Assembly (NCBI GenBank): GCA_963793265.1
Contig: CAWBZI010000002.1
Span: forward strand, 608,001 to 672,000
Length of the DNA: 64,000 nt
Source of the DNA: an uncultured cyanobacterium
Lineage (GTDB): Bacteria > Cyanobacteriota > Cyanobacteriia > Phormidesmidales > Phormidesmidaceae
Direction of reading: 5' to 3'
Part shown: one piece after another, positions 9,857 to 20,254 of the stretch
How positions within the stretch are numbered: the stretch's first letter is position 1
How the letters are laid out: each line of letters starts with the position of its first letter
The notes under the pieces: generated by a model
Database searches by the model: none
The model's input: only the letters and a program-made list of their open reading frames with translations
What the model was told of the DNA's origin: nothing
Translations under genes and position numbers: made by a program

Positions 9857-11568
9857 GCGGGGGCGGAGGTGTAGGTGTTGAGTAGCGCGATCGCGTTCTC
9901 CAATGTATCGGCCTCAGCCATCGGCTTGTCATCTCGCCAGCGCAAAATCCGTGGGAAGCGAACGGCAATGCCTGACTTATGCCGCTTGGATTCAGCAATG
10001 CCTTCAAACCCGATTTCAAAGACGTGCAAAGGCTCGACCGATCTCACCGGGCCAAATTTTTCGAGCGTATGCCGACGAATCCAGCGATCCAGCTTCTCAA
10101 TTTCCTTATTGTCTAGACCAGAATAAGCCTTAGTAAACGGCACCAGCGTCTCGCCCTTCCAGAGCGCAAACGTGTAGTCAGTAAACAGGTTCGCCCGTTT
10201 ACCTGTACCTGCTTGCGCGTAAATCAACACGGCGTCTAGCGTCATCGGATCGACTTTGTGCTTCCACCAGTAGCCACGCTTACGGCCTACAAGGTAGGGG
10301 CTGTCTAGCGCTTTGAGCATTAAGCCTTCTGCGCCGTAGGTTCTAGAGTGCGATCGCCATTCTTGAATATCGGCAAAGCTCTCTATTGGTAAGGGATTTG
10401 CATAGCTGATACGGGTTTGAAGCGCGGGGTGATTGTCGATAAGTTGAGTGAGGAGGGTGCGGCGCGATCGCAGCGCCTTCTCCCGAATGTCCTCACCGTC
10501 AATTTCCAGCAAATCGTAAGCAATAAAGTGCACCGGGTTCTCAGCCAGCAGCTTCTTAGTCACCCGCTTACGTCCCAAACGCTTCTGCAAATAATTAAAG
10601 TCCAGCGGCCTAATCGTGCCATCTTTCGCTACGCTCTGCCCATCCCAACACACTACCTCACCATCAATCACGGTGCCCTGTGGCAGCTCCATCATCGCCT
10701 CGGCCAGCTCAGGAAACTGATGCGTCACCAAATCCTCGCCGCGCGACCATATAAACGTCTGCTCGGCCCGATGGATCATCTGAGCGCGAATGCCATCCCA
10801 CTTCCACTCCGTCTGCCAGTCTCTTTTCTCAGCCTCCGCGCCCTCTTCAGATCCTTCATCCTCAGACTCGCAATCAATTTCGGCCGCAAATTTCTCCACA
10901 TCAATTGGCGAGGCCAAAAAGAAAGGATAGGGCTGACTCGGTAGCGTATCGGCATCATCTGGATGCACCAGCGCCTCATAGAACGCTGCTGTCGGCTCAA
11001 TTTCACCCATCAGCCGGTGCGCCAAAACGGCCTCCGTCAGATCATATCCAGCCGCCAGCGCCTTAATCACTAGCTTAGTGCTCACCCCGACCCTAAAAGA
11101 GCCAGTAAGCACCTTATTTAGCACAAAGATCTCGCCCTCTGACAAATTTGCCCACCAGTCAATCACCAAATCCTTAAGCTGATTTTCGTCTGTTTTAGAA
11201 AGCTGCTTGACCTGAGGAATAATATCCTCCATCCATACGTGCAAAGGCGTATTGCTATCAGCATCAGAGGCACCTGTCGGCGCTATTGGCGTATCGCGTA
11301 GCAGTAGCGCGATTGTTTCTGCCGAATCACCCACGTGCGAATAGCTCTCTTCAAATAGCCACTCTGGAATATCTGAAATCTGTAGAAAAATCTCCCGCAA
11401 AATCCGCGACGTAATCAGACGTTTGCGGGTCTTGCCCAGTAGCAAGTAGAGTGCCCACACCGCATTCTCAGGGCGCTCCTGCTGAAAGTAGTGCTGGAGA
11501 GCTTTAACCTTTTCGTTAGTTGATGTCGTCGCATCAACGGCCTTGAAGAGCTGCGTGAACTTTTCCAT
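9853..11568 (-). CDS. ATP-dependent DNA ligase
   Basis: [10 protein letters not shown] (motif I Lys), DGEV, AYDLLE, EGLMLK, RFPR; stop overlaps the ilvN stop. Confidence 0.93.
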   Translation of the reverse strand: MEKFTQLFKAVDATTSTNEKVKALQHYFQQERPENAVWALYLLLGKTRKRLITSRILREIFLQISDIPEWLFEESYSHVGDSAETIALLLRDTPIAPTGASDADSNTPLHVWMEDIIPQVKQLSKTDENQLKDLVIDWWANLSEGEIFVLNKVLTGSFRVGVSTKLVIKALAAGYDLTEAVLAHRLMGEIEPTAAFYEALVHPDDADTLPSQPYPFFLASPIDVEKFAAEIDCESEDEGSEEGAEAEKRDWQTEWKWDGIRAQMIHRAEQTFIWSRGEDLVTHQFPELAEAMMELPQGTVIDGEVVCWDGQSVAKDGTIRPLDFNYLQKRLGRKRVTKKLLAENPVHFIAYDLLEIDGEDIREKALRSRRTLLTQLIDNHPALQTRISYANPLPIESFADIQEWRSHSRTYGAEGLMLKALDSPYLVGRKRGYWWKHKVDPMTLDAVLIYAQAGTGKRANLFTDYTFALWKGETLVPFTKAYSGLDNKEIEKLDRWIRRHTLEKFGPVRSVEPLHVFEIGFEGIAESKRHKSGIAVRFPRILRWRDDKPMAEADTLENAIALLNTYTSAPA

Positions 11569-11789
11569 ATTCTCTGATTTTGCTCCTATTAGTCTCAGGC
11601 CACATCATGCTCTTGGGCATCTATCGCCCTGCTGACATTTTCAGGCTCAAACTAGCTCAAACTCAGATACTTTCTATGGCTAGCGAAACCCACAGCCATT
11701 CATTAAATCATTTGCAGAGATTTAGATCAGTGAGGCAAACACAGATTAGACTGTTAAAGTTCGCAACATTTTGAGATATCGTCATTCCC

Positions 11790-12719
11790 TTGCAGCCTTC
11801 TGACTCCACCTTAGCCAGAAATCGTGTGACTCCCCAGTCTGTTATGAAAAAAGCCAATGAAGCCAACACCACTAGCGGCTCCTTAGAGAATTCTTTAAAG
11901 AGAGAGGTAAAGCCGCCTGCTGTTTCTAGTGAAGAGGCTAAATCGCAAGCCAACGGGCAAACCAACGGGCAAACCAAAGCGATCGCAGGCACACATCAAA
12001 AAAAAGTCAACAATCTCATTCTCAAAAGCAGCGCTAGTCAGAAATCCGTAGCGCTGTTTCATAGGCCATTAAATATCCAAAGCACTGCTAGCTCCGATTC
12101 AGATTCTATGTCTGATATGAGCACTTATTCCATCAGAGACGGTCGCACGTCAATACCCGCGCCCACTACGAACGTCAGACGCCATGCCGTCAATCGCACG
12201 CCTTCCTTCCAGTCGAGCTTTCAGCCTGCTAGCGAAAGTGGTGATCGCATTGCCATTTTCATCGACGGCTCCAACCTTTTCTACGCCGCCTCCCACCTCA
12301 ACATAGAAGTAGACTACCGCCGCCTGCTCACCACCTTAGTTCGGGGCCGTCGCCTGCTACGCGCCTACTTCTACACAGGCGTTGATCCACAAAACGAGAA
12401 GCAGCGCGGTTTTCTCCTTTGGCTTAACCGCCATGGTCACCGCGTCGTAAGCAAAGAACTCGCCCAGCTCTCCGATGGCTCTCGTAAGGCCAATATGCAC
12501 GTCGAAATGGCCGTTGATATGATGCGTATTTCTGAATACTGCTCGACTCTGACGCTGCTTGGTGGAGATGGAAATTTAGCTTACGCTCTGCAAGTTCTTT
12601 CTCAGCGTGGTACCTCTATCGAGGTTGTGAGCCTGCAATCTATGACCAGCGATAGCCTGATTGATCTTGCGGATTCGTACACAGATTTAGCGGATCTGAA
12701 AGATGAGATTAGGCGATAG
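11790..12719 (+). CDS. NYN domain (LabA-like) protein with long low-complexity N-terminus; true start uncertain
   Basis: RIAIFIDGSNLFYAA, LRAYFYTG, GGDGNLAYAL, SLIDLAD. Confidence 0.85.
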   Translation: MQPSDSTLARNRVTPQSVMKKANEANTTSGSLENSLKREVKPPAVSSEEAKSQANGQTNGQTKAIAGTHQKKVNNLILKSSASQKSVALFHRPLNIQSTASSDSDSMSDMSTYSIRDGRTSIPAPTTNVRRHAVNRTPSFQSSFQPASESGDRIAIFIDGSNLFYAASHLNIEVDYRRLLTTLVRGRRLLRAYFYTGVDPQNEKQRGFLLWLNRHGHRVVSKELAQLSDGSRKANMHVEMAVDMMRISEYCSTLTLLGGDGNLAYALQVLSQRGTSIEVVSLQSMTSDSLIDLADSYTDLADLKDEIRR

Positions 12720-12738
12720 AGAATAGGAGGCATACATC

Positions 12739-12782
12739 AAAAAGCCCCAGACTCTTAGCAAAGATTAAGTCTGGGGCTTTTT
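12739..12782. terminator. Bidirectional terminator between convergent genes
   Basis: Perfect 15-bp arms AAAAAGCCCCAGACT / AGTCTGGGGCTTTTT. Confidence 0.88.
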
Positions 12783-12815
12783 AGGATTTTGTCTATGTCG
12801 GTCTATACCAAAGGT

Positions 12816-13382
12816 CTACGCTTTACGCTTTACCCGAGCAAAACCAATGCAGGCTGCCGCTACGGCAATTGAGCCCACAGCCATCAAAGGTGAGCTGGCA
12901 TAGTGCACATCCTGCACTTCATCGCCCTGAGCGATCAAATCAGCTTCAATACCTTCTTCACTCACTGGCACATGAATAATATCGCTGTGCCCAGCTCGGT
13001 TAATCTTCACTTCCCACTCGCCAGGAAGGGCAGCATTAGGCGAGAAAGTGTATCGGCCCTGGCTGTCTGTAAGGCCAGTTGCGTAGGGTCTGAAAGACTG
13101 ATCGGGAGCATAGACGGTGACTTTAGCGCCCTTGAGCGGCTGGCCATTGCTGAACGTAGTATGTAGCTCTAGAGAACTAGCTTCAGTCGGTTGAACAGCA
13201 GGTTCTGGGCTTGTAGCTTCCGGGGTCGTCAGCTCAGGGATCGCTGGAGCAGCGTCTTGAAAGCTATTGCCTTTCAAAATATAGTTGGTCTGTACCTGGT
13301 GAGCAAACGCGGTAGTGGGGACGCTTGCCATACCCGCAGCAGCGAGCACAAGGAACGTATTGCGAAAAAATTGCTGTTTCAT
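12816..13382 (-). CDS. Exported protein with carboxypeptidase-regulatory-like beta-sandwich and C-terminal membrane anchor
   Basis: Signal peptide ending AFA followed by His; GQPLKGAKVTVYAP..GLTDSQGRYTF..GEWEV..AGH; C-terminal TM plus basic tail. Confidence 0.65.
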   Translation of the reverse strand: MKQQFFRNTFLVLAAAGMASVPTTAFAHQVQTNYILKGNSFQDAAPAIPELTTPEATSPEPAVQPTEASSLELHTTFSNGQPLKGAKVTVYAPDQSFRPYATGLTDSQGRYTFSPNAALPGEWEVKINRAGHSDIIHVPVSEEGIEADLIAQGDEVQDVHYASSPLMAVGSIAVAAACIGFARVKRKA

Positions 13383-13570
13383 AGAATTACCCTCTTTGGG
13401 CCTTTGGGTAGTTGTTCAGAAAAGTTTGACTTCAGTAGAACGATCAACTCTAGGTTTGCCCAATAATAACGTGGACATAACAAGTCGTCTCGATTTGACC
13501 ATATTACGGGCTTACTTGCTCTTACGCAGGTAGCTAGGGCCAATCAGGGAATTGGTTCATCCGACTGAAC

Positions 13571-13843
13571 TTATTCAACCGGCAAATCGAGCAGGTCTTT
13601 AGCATCCCACTTCAGCACAGAAGCCTCTACGCCCTCGGTTTGCTTGCGCTTAGAGTCAGCCTCAAACCAGGCAATAATTTGCTCGTTAGTCAGCGCCTCT
13701 ACAGTCGTATTAAGGTCTTTAGCAATATAGGTCAAAAGCTTGCTCGTCGAGAGCGTTAGCCGGGTCAAAAACTTTTCGGGGGTCGTGAGCAAGGCTGCAT
13801 CTACGGCGGCGGACTCTTCAGGCGTTAAAAACTGTAGCGACAT
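13571..13843 (-). CDS. Hypothetical protein downstream of sufR
   Basis: 90-aa ORF starting 4 nt after the sufR stop; QFLTPEESAAVDAALL..EKFLTRL resembles a conserved cyanobacterial small protein. Confidence 0.75.
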   Translation of the reverse strand: MSLQFLTPEESAAVDAALLTTPEKFLTRLTLSTSKLLTYIAKDLNTTVEALTNEQIIAWFEADSKRKQTEGVEASVLKWDAKDLLDLPVE

Positions 13844-13847
13844 AGCG

Positions 13848-14498
13848 TTAGTGTTGATCTTTAGTTTTGACGAGGTAGCCGCACTGATGTTCGCCGTTGA
13901 CGAGCCAGTGGGTGCGCTCTACTGAGCAGTCGGGGAGGGCGATCGCAAACATCGCTAGCTCATGACCACACACGGTAGGGTAAGACTCGGCAATATGGGC
14001 GATCGCACAGTTATATTCAGTAATCACAAACGCCGCCGCATCCTCTTCGGCCGCCGGATGACACTCCGCCATATAGCCTTCTGCCTGCCTCAGCTTCACC
14101 AATGTCTGCATCCGATCTGCTAGTGGAGCCTCACCCAGCTTTTCCCTATATTCTTTCGCCTTACTTTGCCACTGGTGCTTTAGAAGCTTACTCACGTGCT
14201 CGGGGCCCATCGTATCGGCCACCGTATTCAGCAGCGACAGCGCAAACTGATCGTACTGATCGGGAAAATGCTCTCGGCCCTTACGACTAAGCTGATACAC
14301 ATGGTTAGGCCGACCAATCCCCTCTTGAGCGCTCTGGTGCTCAATGAGTTCGCTAGATTCTAAGGTTTTAAGATGGCGACGAATAGCTTGAGGTGTGACT
14401 TGGAGGTGACGAGCGATCGCGCCTGCATTTGCCGTTCCACGCTTAAGCAAAAAGCGTAAAATGTCCTCTCTTATAGATGGGGTCTGTTGAGAAGTCAT
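13848..14498 (-). CDS. sufR: Fe-S cluster biogenesis transcriptional regulator SufR
   Basis: N-terminal HTH (QAIRRHLKTLE..GRP), EGYMAE, Cys cluster NCAI..VCGHEL..QCGY; divergent from suf operon; start taken at ATG 14498. Confidence 0.95.
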   Translation of the reverse strand: MTSQQTPSIREDILRFLLKRGTANAGAIARHLQVTPQAIRRHLKTLESSELIEHQSAQEGIGRPNHVYQLSRKGREHFPDQYDQFALSLLNTVADTMGPEHVSKLLKHQWQSKAKEYREKLGEAPLADRMQTLVKLRQAEGYMAECHPAAEEDAAAFVITEYNCAIAHIAESYPTVCGHELAMFAIALPDCSVERTHWLVNGEHQCGYLVKTKDQH

Positions 14499-14600
14499 TT
14501 CCTCGCGCAAAGATCTCCGTAGGTAGTTTGGCAGTCTGTAGTTTGGCAAGCAGTCTATAGATAGGATGAACCGTCCTAAATGCAACGGTTTGTTCACAAT

Positions 14601-14680
14601 ACTTTAGAAACACTTTTGTTGCTAAAGTAGGGTTATTAAAGTAATCTTTAAACAGTTAAACAACCAGTGCGTTGCTTAAC
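14601..14680. promoter_or_regulatory. Two SufR operator sites (CAAC-N6-GTTG)
   Basis: Imperfect AAAC-ACTTTT-GTTG (14608-14621) with palindromic flanks ACTTTAG/CTAAAGT; perfect CAAC-CAGTGC-GTTG (14661-14674). Confidence 0.85.
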
Positions 14681-14818
14681 TACTTTTCAATCTTAGACCA
14701 AAATCATCGGTTGCATCTGCCATATCCTCATTTACCGATTGCGTAGTTTGCCTTTGAGGTTTTAGTCTCTTTTCCCAATCGTCCCCCGATAAAACGTAAA
14801 CTTCTCCCCTTTAGCACA

Positions 14819-15184
14819 ATGAGCGCTCCCAATCCTCTCCAAGGCTCAGATAAAAGCCTTGAAATCATGCGAAATTTTGCCCAAAGCTACGCTAAGCGTA
14901 CGGGTACTTACTTTTGCCAAGATCTAGGCGTCACCGCCGTTGTGCTCGAGGGTTTGGCTAAACACAAAGACGATTTGGGCGCACCCCTATGCCCCTGTCG
15001 GCACTACGAAGACAAAGAAGCCGAAGCAAAAGCTTCTTACTGGAACTGTCCTTGCGTACCCATGCAAGAGCGCCAAGAATGCCATTGCATGTTATTTCTC
15101 ACCGAAGAAAATCCATTCTCCGGCACCGAGCAAGCGATTACCTTTGAGCAAATCCGCACCGAGACAGGCGCAGTCAAGTCATAA
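14819..15184 (+). CDS. ftrC: Ferredoxin-thioredoxin reductase catalytic subunit
   Basis: CPC, WNCPCVPM, CHC motifs. Confidence 0.95.
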   Translation: MSAPNPLQGSDKSLEIMRNFAQSYAKRTGTYFCQDLGVTAVVLEGLAKHKDDLGAPLCPCRHYEDKEAEAKASYWNCPCVPMQERQECHCMLFLTEENPFSGTEQAITFEQIRTETGAVKS

Positions 15185-15262
15185 GCCTTAAGGTTTGAAA
15201 ATTCAAGGCTTAGAGTCTCCCTCCACTGAATCCTCACACACCCTTCAAAAGCAGCCCCAACA

Positions 15263-16705
15263 ATGACATCCAGCGTTCAAACTGTTGTTAGCCAACCCTA
15301 TAAATACGGTTTTACCACTGATATCGAAACCGATTCGCTTCCTCGTGGCTTGAATGAGGACGTGATTCGGGCGATTTCAGTGAAGAAGAACGAGCCGGAA
15401 TTTATGCTGGACTTTAGGCTTAAAGCCTATCGTCGCTGGCTGAAGATGACGGAGCCTTCCTGGCCGAATGTGACGCATCCACCCATCGACTACAACGAGA
15501 TTGTCTACTACTCTGCGCCCAAGCAAAACGTAGAGAAAAAGCTAGACAGCCTTGATGATGTCGATCCAGCGCTGCTAGAGACTTTTGACAAGCTAGGCAT
15601 CTCTATTAACGAGCAAAAGCGCCTGGCAAACGTAGCGGTAGACGTCATTTTTGACAGCGTTTCTATCGCCACTACTTTTAAGAAGGATCTTGCCAAGCAC
15701 GGCGTTATCTTCTGCTCTATTTCTGAGGCAGTTCAAGATCATCCTGAACTGATTGAGAAGTATATGGGCAGCGTCATTCCGGTGGGCGACAACTATTTCA
15801 CAGCGCTCAACTCAGCGGTCTTCACAGACGGATCTTTCGTCTACATTCCAAAGGGCGTGAAGTGTCCGATGGATCTATCGACTTACTTCCGTATCAACAA
15901 CGGCGACTCGGGTCAGTTTGAGCGGACGCTGATTGTGGCTGAAGAAGGTAGTTCTGTTACTTACTTGGAAGGCTGTACGGCCCCAATGTACGACAGCAAT
16001 CAGCTTCACGCTGCGGTCGTTGAGCTAGTCGCTTTAGACAACGCAGAGATTAAATACTCTACCGTGCAGAATTGGTACGCTGGCGACGAAGACGGCAAAG
16101 GCGGCATTTATAACTTTGTGACCAAGCGCGGGCTGTGCAAGGGCGTTAATTCCAAAATCTCCTGGACTCAGGTAGAAACGGGTTCAGCGATTACCTGGAA
16201 ATATCCTAGCTGTGTGCTGGTGGGCGATAATTCAGTGGGCGAGTTTTACTCGGTAGCCCTAACAAACCACCGTCAGCAGGCAGACACAGGTACCAAGATG
16301 GTGCATGTCGGTAAAAACACTCGCAGCACGATTATCTCTAAAGGTATCTCTGCCGGTAAGTCTAAAAATAGCTATCGCGGCCTGGTGCAGATAAATCCTA
16401 AAGCAGAAGGTGCTCGCAACTACTCACAGTGCGACTCTATGCTGCTAGGCGATACTTCTAACGCCAACACATTCCCATACATTCAGGTACAAAACAGCAC
16501 GGCTCAAGTAGAGCACGAGGCGTCCACCTCCAAGATTGGTGAAGACCAACTGTTCTACTTTGCTCAGCGCGGCATTTCACCAGAAGACGCAGTGTCGATG
16601 CTCGTTAGCGGCTTTTGTCGCGACGTATTCAACGAGCTGCCCATGGAATTTGCGGCTGAGGCCGATAAGCTATTGAGCTTGAAACTAGAAAACTCTGTCG
16701 GATAA
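15263..16705 (+). CDS. sufB: Fe-S cluster assembly protein SufB
   Basis: [29 protein letters not shown]. Confidence 0.97.
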   Translation: MTSSVQTVVSQPYKYGFTTDIETDSLPRGLNEDVIRAISVKKNEPEFMLDFRLKAYRRWLKMTEPSWPNVTHPPIDYNEIVYYSAPKQNVEKKLDSLDDVDPALLETFDKLGISINEQKRLANVAVDVIFDSVSIATTFKKDLAKHGVIFCSISEAVQDHPELIEKYMGSVIPVGDNYFTALNSAVFTDGSFVYIPKGVKCPMDLSTYFRINNGDSGQFERTLIVAEEGSSVTYLEGCTAPMYDSNQLHAAVVELVALDNAEIKYSTVQNWYAGDEDGKGGIYNFVTKRGLCKGVNSKISWTQVETGSAITWKYPSCVLVGDNSVGEFYSVALTNHRQQADTGTKMVHVGKNTRSTIISKGISAGKSKNSYRGLVQINPKAEGARNYSQCDSMLLGDTSNANTFPYIQVQNSTAQVEHEASTSKIGEDQLFYFAQRGISPEDAVSMLVSGFCRDVFNELPMEFAAEADKLLSLKLENSVG

Positions 16706-16720
16706 AACAACACTTCAGTA

Positions 16721-17500
16721 ATGATCAACGAAAACGCCGATACTATTCTTTCCGTCCGTAACCTTCATGCCAGCGTAGAAGGCACAGAAATTCTCAAAGG
16801 CGTCAACTTTGAGGTGAAGGCGGGAGAGATTCACGCCATTATGGGGCTTAATGGCTCAGGCAAAAGTACCTTTTCTAAAGTGCTAGCGGGTCATCCTGAC
16901 TACGAAGTCACGGCTGGAGAAGTGCTGTTTAAGGGCCAAGACCTGATGGCATTAGAGCCGCACGAGCGGGCTAATTCTGGTGTGTTTCTAGCCTTTCAAT
17001 ATCCATTAGAGATTCCAGGCGTGAGCAACCGTGACTTTTTACGAGTTGCTTATAACGCTCACCGTCAGGCTAATGGTGAAGAAGAAATTGACGTGTTTGA
17101 TTTTGACGACTTGGTAGAAGATCGTTCTGAAATCGTCAAAATGGACGTTAGCTTTTTGGATCGCAGCGTGAACGAAGGCTTTTCAGGCGGTGAGAAGAAG
17201 CGCAATGAGATTTTGCAGATGGCGCTGTTGCAGCCTCACCTAGCGATTTTAGATGAGACAGATTCAGGCTTAGATATTGACGCTTTGAAAGTTGTTTCGG
17301 GTGGCGTTAATCAGTTGAGCACCGACGATAACGCGACTGTTTTAATTACGCACTACCAGCGGCTGCTGAACTACATCGTGCCTGATTATGTGCATGTGAT
17401 GTCTCAAGGGCGCATCGTCAAGACAGGCGGTAAAGAGCTGGCTCAAGAGCTTGAGTCTCGCGGCTATGACTGGATTACGGCTGAGGGGGTAGCAGCGTGA
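16721..17500 (+). CDS. sufC: Fe-S cluster assembly ATPase SufC
   Basis: [31 protein letters not shown]. Confidence 0.97.
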   Translation: MINENADTILSVRNLHASVEGTEILKGVNFEVKAGEIHAIMGLNGSGKSTFSKVLAGHPDYEVTAGEVLFKGQDLMALEPHERANSGVFLAFQYPLEIPGVSNRDFLRVAYNAHRQANGEEEIDVFDFDDLVEDRSEIVKMDVSFLDRSVNEGFSGGEKKRNEILQMALLQPHLAILDETDSGLDIDALKVVSGGVNQLSTDDNATVLITHYQRLLNYIVPDYVHVMSQGRIVKTGGKELAQELESRGYDWITAEGVAA

Positions 17501-18849
17501 GTACGACCAGTACGACTGAGCAGTCAATATCGGCTAAGCGTCAAACGTATTTGAAGCATTTGCTGACTCAGGCGGTTGAGGCTTCCGATGCTTCGGGTTT
17601 GGGATTGAAGAAGTTGAGAGAAGAGGCGATCGCACAAGTCAGCGACCGATCTTTCCCCCACGGCAAAACCGAAGAATGGCGCTTCACCGATCTCTCTGAA
17701 ATGCTGTCTCTTCCCTTTCAAAGCGCCAGTACAGCACCAGTAGACAACAAGCTATCTGCGCATCTCACGCTCCTAGAGGACGGTTATAGACTAGCCACTA
17801 TTAACGGTCACTACGACGAATCTATTTCGGTAAAAGGTCGTGCTGTCGCTGCGCCGAAGCTACCGGAAGGGGCGGTTATTGCGCCATTATCTAAGCTGAT
17901 TGCCCACCCTGATTATGGCGATCGCGTCGCTAGAATAGTCTCAGAACGACTCGCTAAAGTTGAAGGCAGCGAGGAAGTCTTTACAGCGCTAAACACCGCT
18001 GGATTCTCTGATGTGATGGTGATTTGGATTCGAGCCGATCAGGTGATCGAACAGCCCATTCATATTGCTCGCGGGTCTGAAGGCGATGGAATCGCTCACT
18101 TGCGATCGCTCATCATTGCCGAACCCAACGCTAAGTTCACCCTCATAGAATCCTTCTGGGGCGATGCCGAACAAACTCGATGCAACACCAGCGTCACTGA
18201 ATTCTTAATTGCCCAAGGCGCACAGGTTACTCATGTGCGTCTCCAAGACGAAGGCGCACAGACCTTTCATATCGGCAAGACAGCGGTTTCTCAAGCCGCA
18301 GACAGCCGCTACCATTGCACCTCTCTAGACTTAGGCGGCAAGCTATCTCGCCACCATCACGAGATTTATCAGCAGGGGCCGCAGACAGATACTCATTTGT
18401 ACGGACTGAGTGCGTTGAGCGATCGCCAACTTGCAGATACCCACAGTCTGATTGCACTGACTCATCCTCACGGCAGCGCTACCCAGGTTCAAAAAAACGT
18501 AGTTGATGATCAAGCCCACAGCGTCTTTAACGGCAGAGTTTACGTCGCTCGCGAGGCTCAGTTTACGAACGCAGCTCAGCTCAACCGAAATCTGATGATT
18601 TCTAGCAAAGCGCGGATAGACACTAAACCTGAGCTAGACATTGTTGCTGATAACGTTAAATGCGCGCACGGTGCCACGGTCAGTCAGTTGCAAGCCGATG
18701 AAGTCTTCTATCTTCAGAGCCGAGGAATCGATGCCGCACAGGCCCAGAGACTTTTACTGTACGGCTTTGCAATGGAGATCGTTGAAAAAATTACGGTTGC
18801 TCCGCTGCGTCAGTCTTTGAGCGATCGCGTTGCTCAGTGGGCTCGCTAA
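17497..18849 (+). CDS. sufD: Fe-S cluster assembly protein SufD
   Basis: [34 protein letters not shown]. Confidence 0.95.
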   Translation: MSTTSTTEQSISAKRQTYLKHLLTQAVEASDASGLGLKKLREEAIAQVSDRSFPHGKTEEWRFTDLSEMLSLPFQSASTAPVDNKLSAHLTLLEDGYRLATINGHYDESISVKGRAVAAPKLPEGAVIAPLSKLIAHPDYGDRVARIVSERLAKVEGSEEVFTALNTAGFSDVMVIWIRADQVIEQPIHIARGSEGDGIAHLRSLIIAEPNAKFTLIESFWGDAEQTRCNTSVTEFLIAQGAQVTHVRLQDEGAQTFHIGKTAVSQAADSRYHCTSLDLGGKLSRHHHEIYQQGPQTDTHLYGLSALSDRQLADTHSLIALTHPHGSATQVQKNVVDDQAHSVFNGRVYVAREAQFTNAAQLNRNLMISSKARIDTKPELDIVADNVKCAHGATVSQLQADEVFYLQSRGIDAAQAQRLLLYGFAMEIVEKITVAPLRQSLSDRVAQWAR

Positions 18850-18907
18850 GCGATCTACAAAAACCTCCCTACTCCCCCACCTCCAAAAAACCGCTCGCCC
18901 CACCACT

Positions 18908-20176
18908 ATGCCTACCACCACCCTCCAAAAAACGCTCCTCGCTGACGAAGTTCGCGCCGACTTCCCCATCCTTCACCAGCAGGTCAACGGCCAGCCCCTC
19001 GTCTATCTAGACAACGCGGCCACCTCCCAAAAGCCGCAGGCAGTGCTAGATGCCATGACGCACTACTACGAGGCTGATAATGCCAACGTGCATCGGGGCG
19101 TTCATACCCTGAGCGCGCGCGCAACTGAAGCCTATGAAGGGGCTCGGGACAAAGTAGCTGCCTTTGTGAATGCTGCCTCCCGTGACGAGATTGTATTCAC
19201 TCGTAACGCTAGCGAAGCGATTAATTTAGTCGCTTACGCATGGGGCCTTAATGAACTCTCGCCGGGCGATGAAATTTTGCTATCGGTGATGGAGCACCAC
19301 AGTAACTTAGTACCCTGGCAGCTCATTGCTAAGCGGACGGGCGCGGTGCTCAAACATGTGCCCTTGAACGAAGCACAGTCATTTGATTTAGACGCATTCA
19401 AGCAGCTCATCAACGATAAAACTAAGTTAGTAGCCGTCAATCACGTTTCCAACACACTAGGGTGCATTAACCCTGTGCGAGAGATTGTAGAAACTGCGCA
19501 CAAGTACGGCGCTAAAGTTTTGATCGATGCCTGTCAGAGTGTGCCGCACATGCCGGTAGACGTGCAGGCGCTTGACTGTGATTGGCTAGTAGCCTCGGGC
19601 CATAAAATGTGCGGGCCAACTGGCGCGGGTTTTTTGTACGGCAAGCTTGGTGTGCTTCAGGCAATGCCGCCTTTCATGGGTGGTGGTGAGATGATTCAAG
19701 ACGTATTTTTGGATCATTCGACCTATGCTGAGCTGCCGCATAAGTTTGAAGCAGGGACGCCAGCGATCGCAGAAGCCGTCGTTTTGGGTGCAGCCGTAGA
19801 CTACCTGAACAAAATTGGGATGGATCGAATTGCGGACTACGAGCATCAGCTCACTGCGCATTTGTATGACCGGCTGAGCGAAGTGCCCAAGCTGAATTTG
19901 TATGGGCCTAAGCCAGCAGCAGACGGGACGGGGAGAGCCGCGATCGCAACCTTCACCGTCGATGGCGTTCACGCCCAAGACCTCTCTACTTTTCTAGATC
20001 AATCAGGCGTTGCCATTCGCTCGGGTCATCACTGCACCCAGCCGCTTCACACGCTTCTAGGCGTTGACTCCACCGCCAGAGCTAGCCTGTACTTTTACAA
20101 TACGCCCGCTGAAATCGATACCTTCATCAAGTCGCTTAAAGAAACTATTGACTTCTTCGGTACCGTTTTCGACTAG
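18908..20176 (+). CDS. sufS: Cysteine desulfurase SufS
   Basis: [19 protein letters not shown] (PLP Lys), [12 protein letters not shown] 18908 preferred. Confidence 0.96.
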   Translation: MPTTTLQKTLLADEVRADFPILHQQVNGQPLVYLDNAATSQKPQAVLDAMTHYYEADNANVHRGVHTLSARATEAYEGARDKVAAFVNAASRDEIVFTRNASEAINLVAYAWGLNELSPGDEILLSVMEHHSNLVPWQLIAKRTGAVLKHVPLNEAQSFDLDAFKQLINDKTKLVAVNHVSNTLGCINPVREIVETAHKYGAKVLIDACQSVPHMPVDVQALDCDWLVASGHKMCGPTGAGFLYGKLGVLQAMPPFMGGGEMIQDVFLDHSTYAELPHKFEAGTPAIAEAVVLGAAVDYLNKIGMDRIADYEHQLTAHLYDRLSEVPKLNLYGPKPAADGTGRAAIATFTVDGVHAQDLSTFLDQSGVAIRSGHHCTQPLHTLLGVDSTARASLYFYNTPAEIDTFIKSLKETIDFFGTVFD

Positions 20177-20254
20177 ATAAGGCAGGTAAAGACCCCTTTC
20201 TTATCAATTACGATAGTTTTAACTGAGGTAAAGGCACTCTAGGGGCATTCATCG

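Noticed and set aside
14419..17625. HIP1-free stretch over ftrC-sufB-sufC as a sign of horizontal transfer
   Set aside because: Conserved core genes in typical cyanobacterial order; sequence constraint or chance is a simpler explanation
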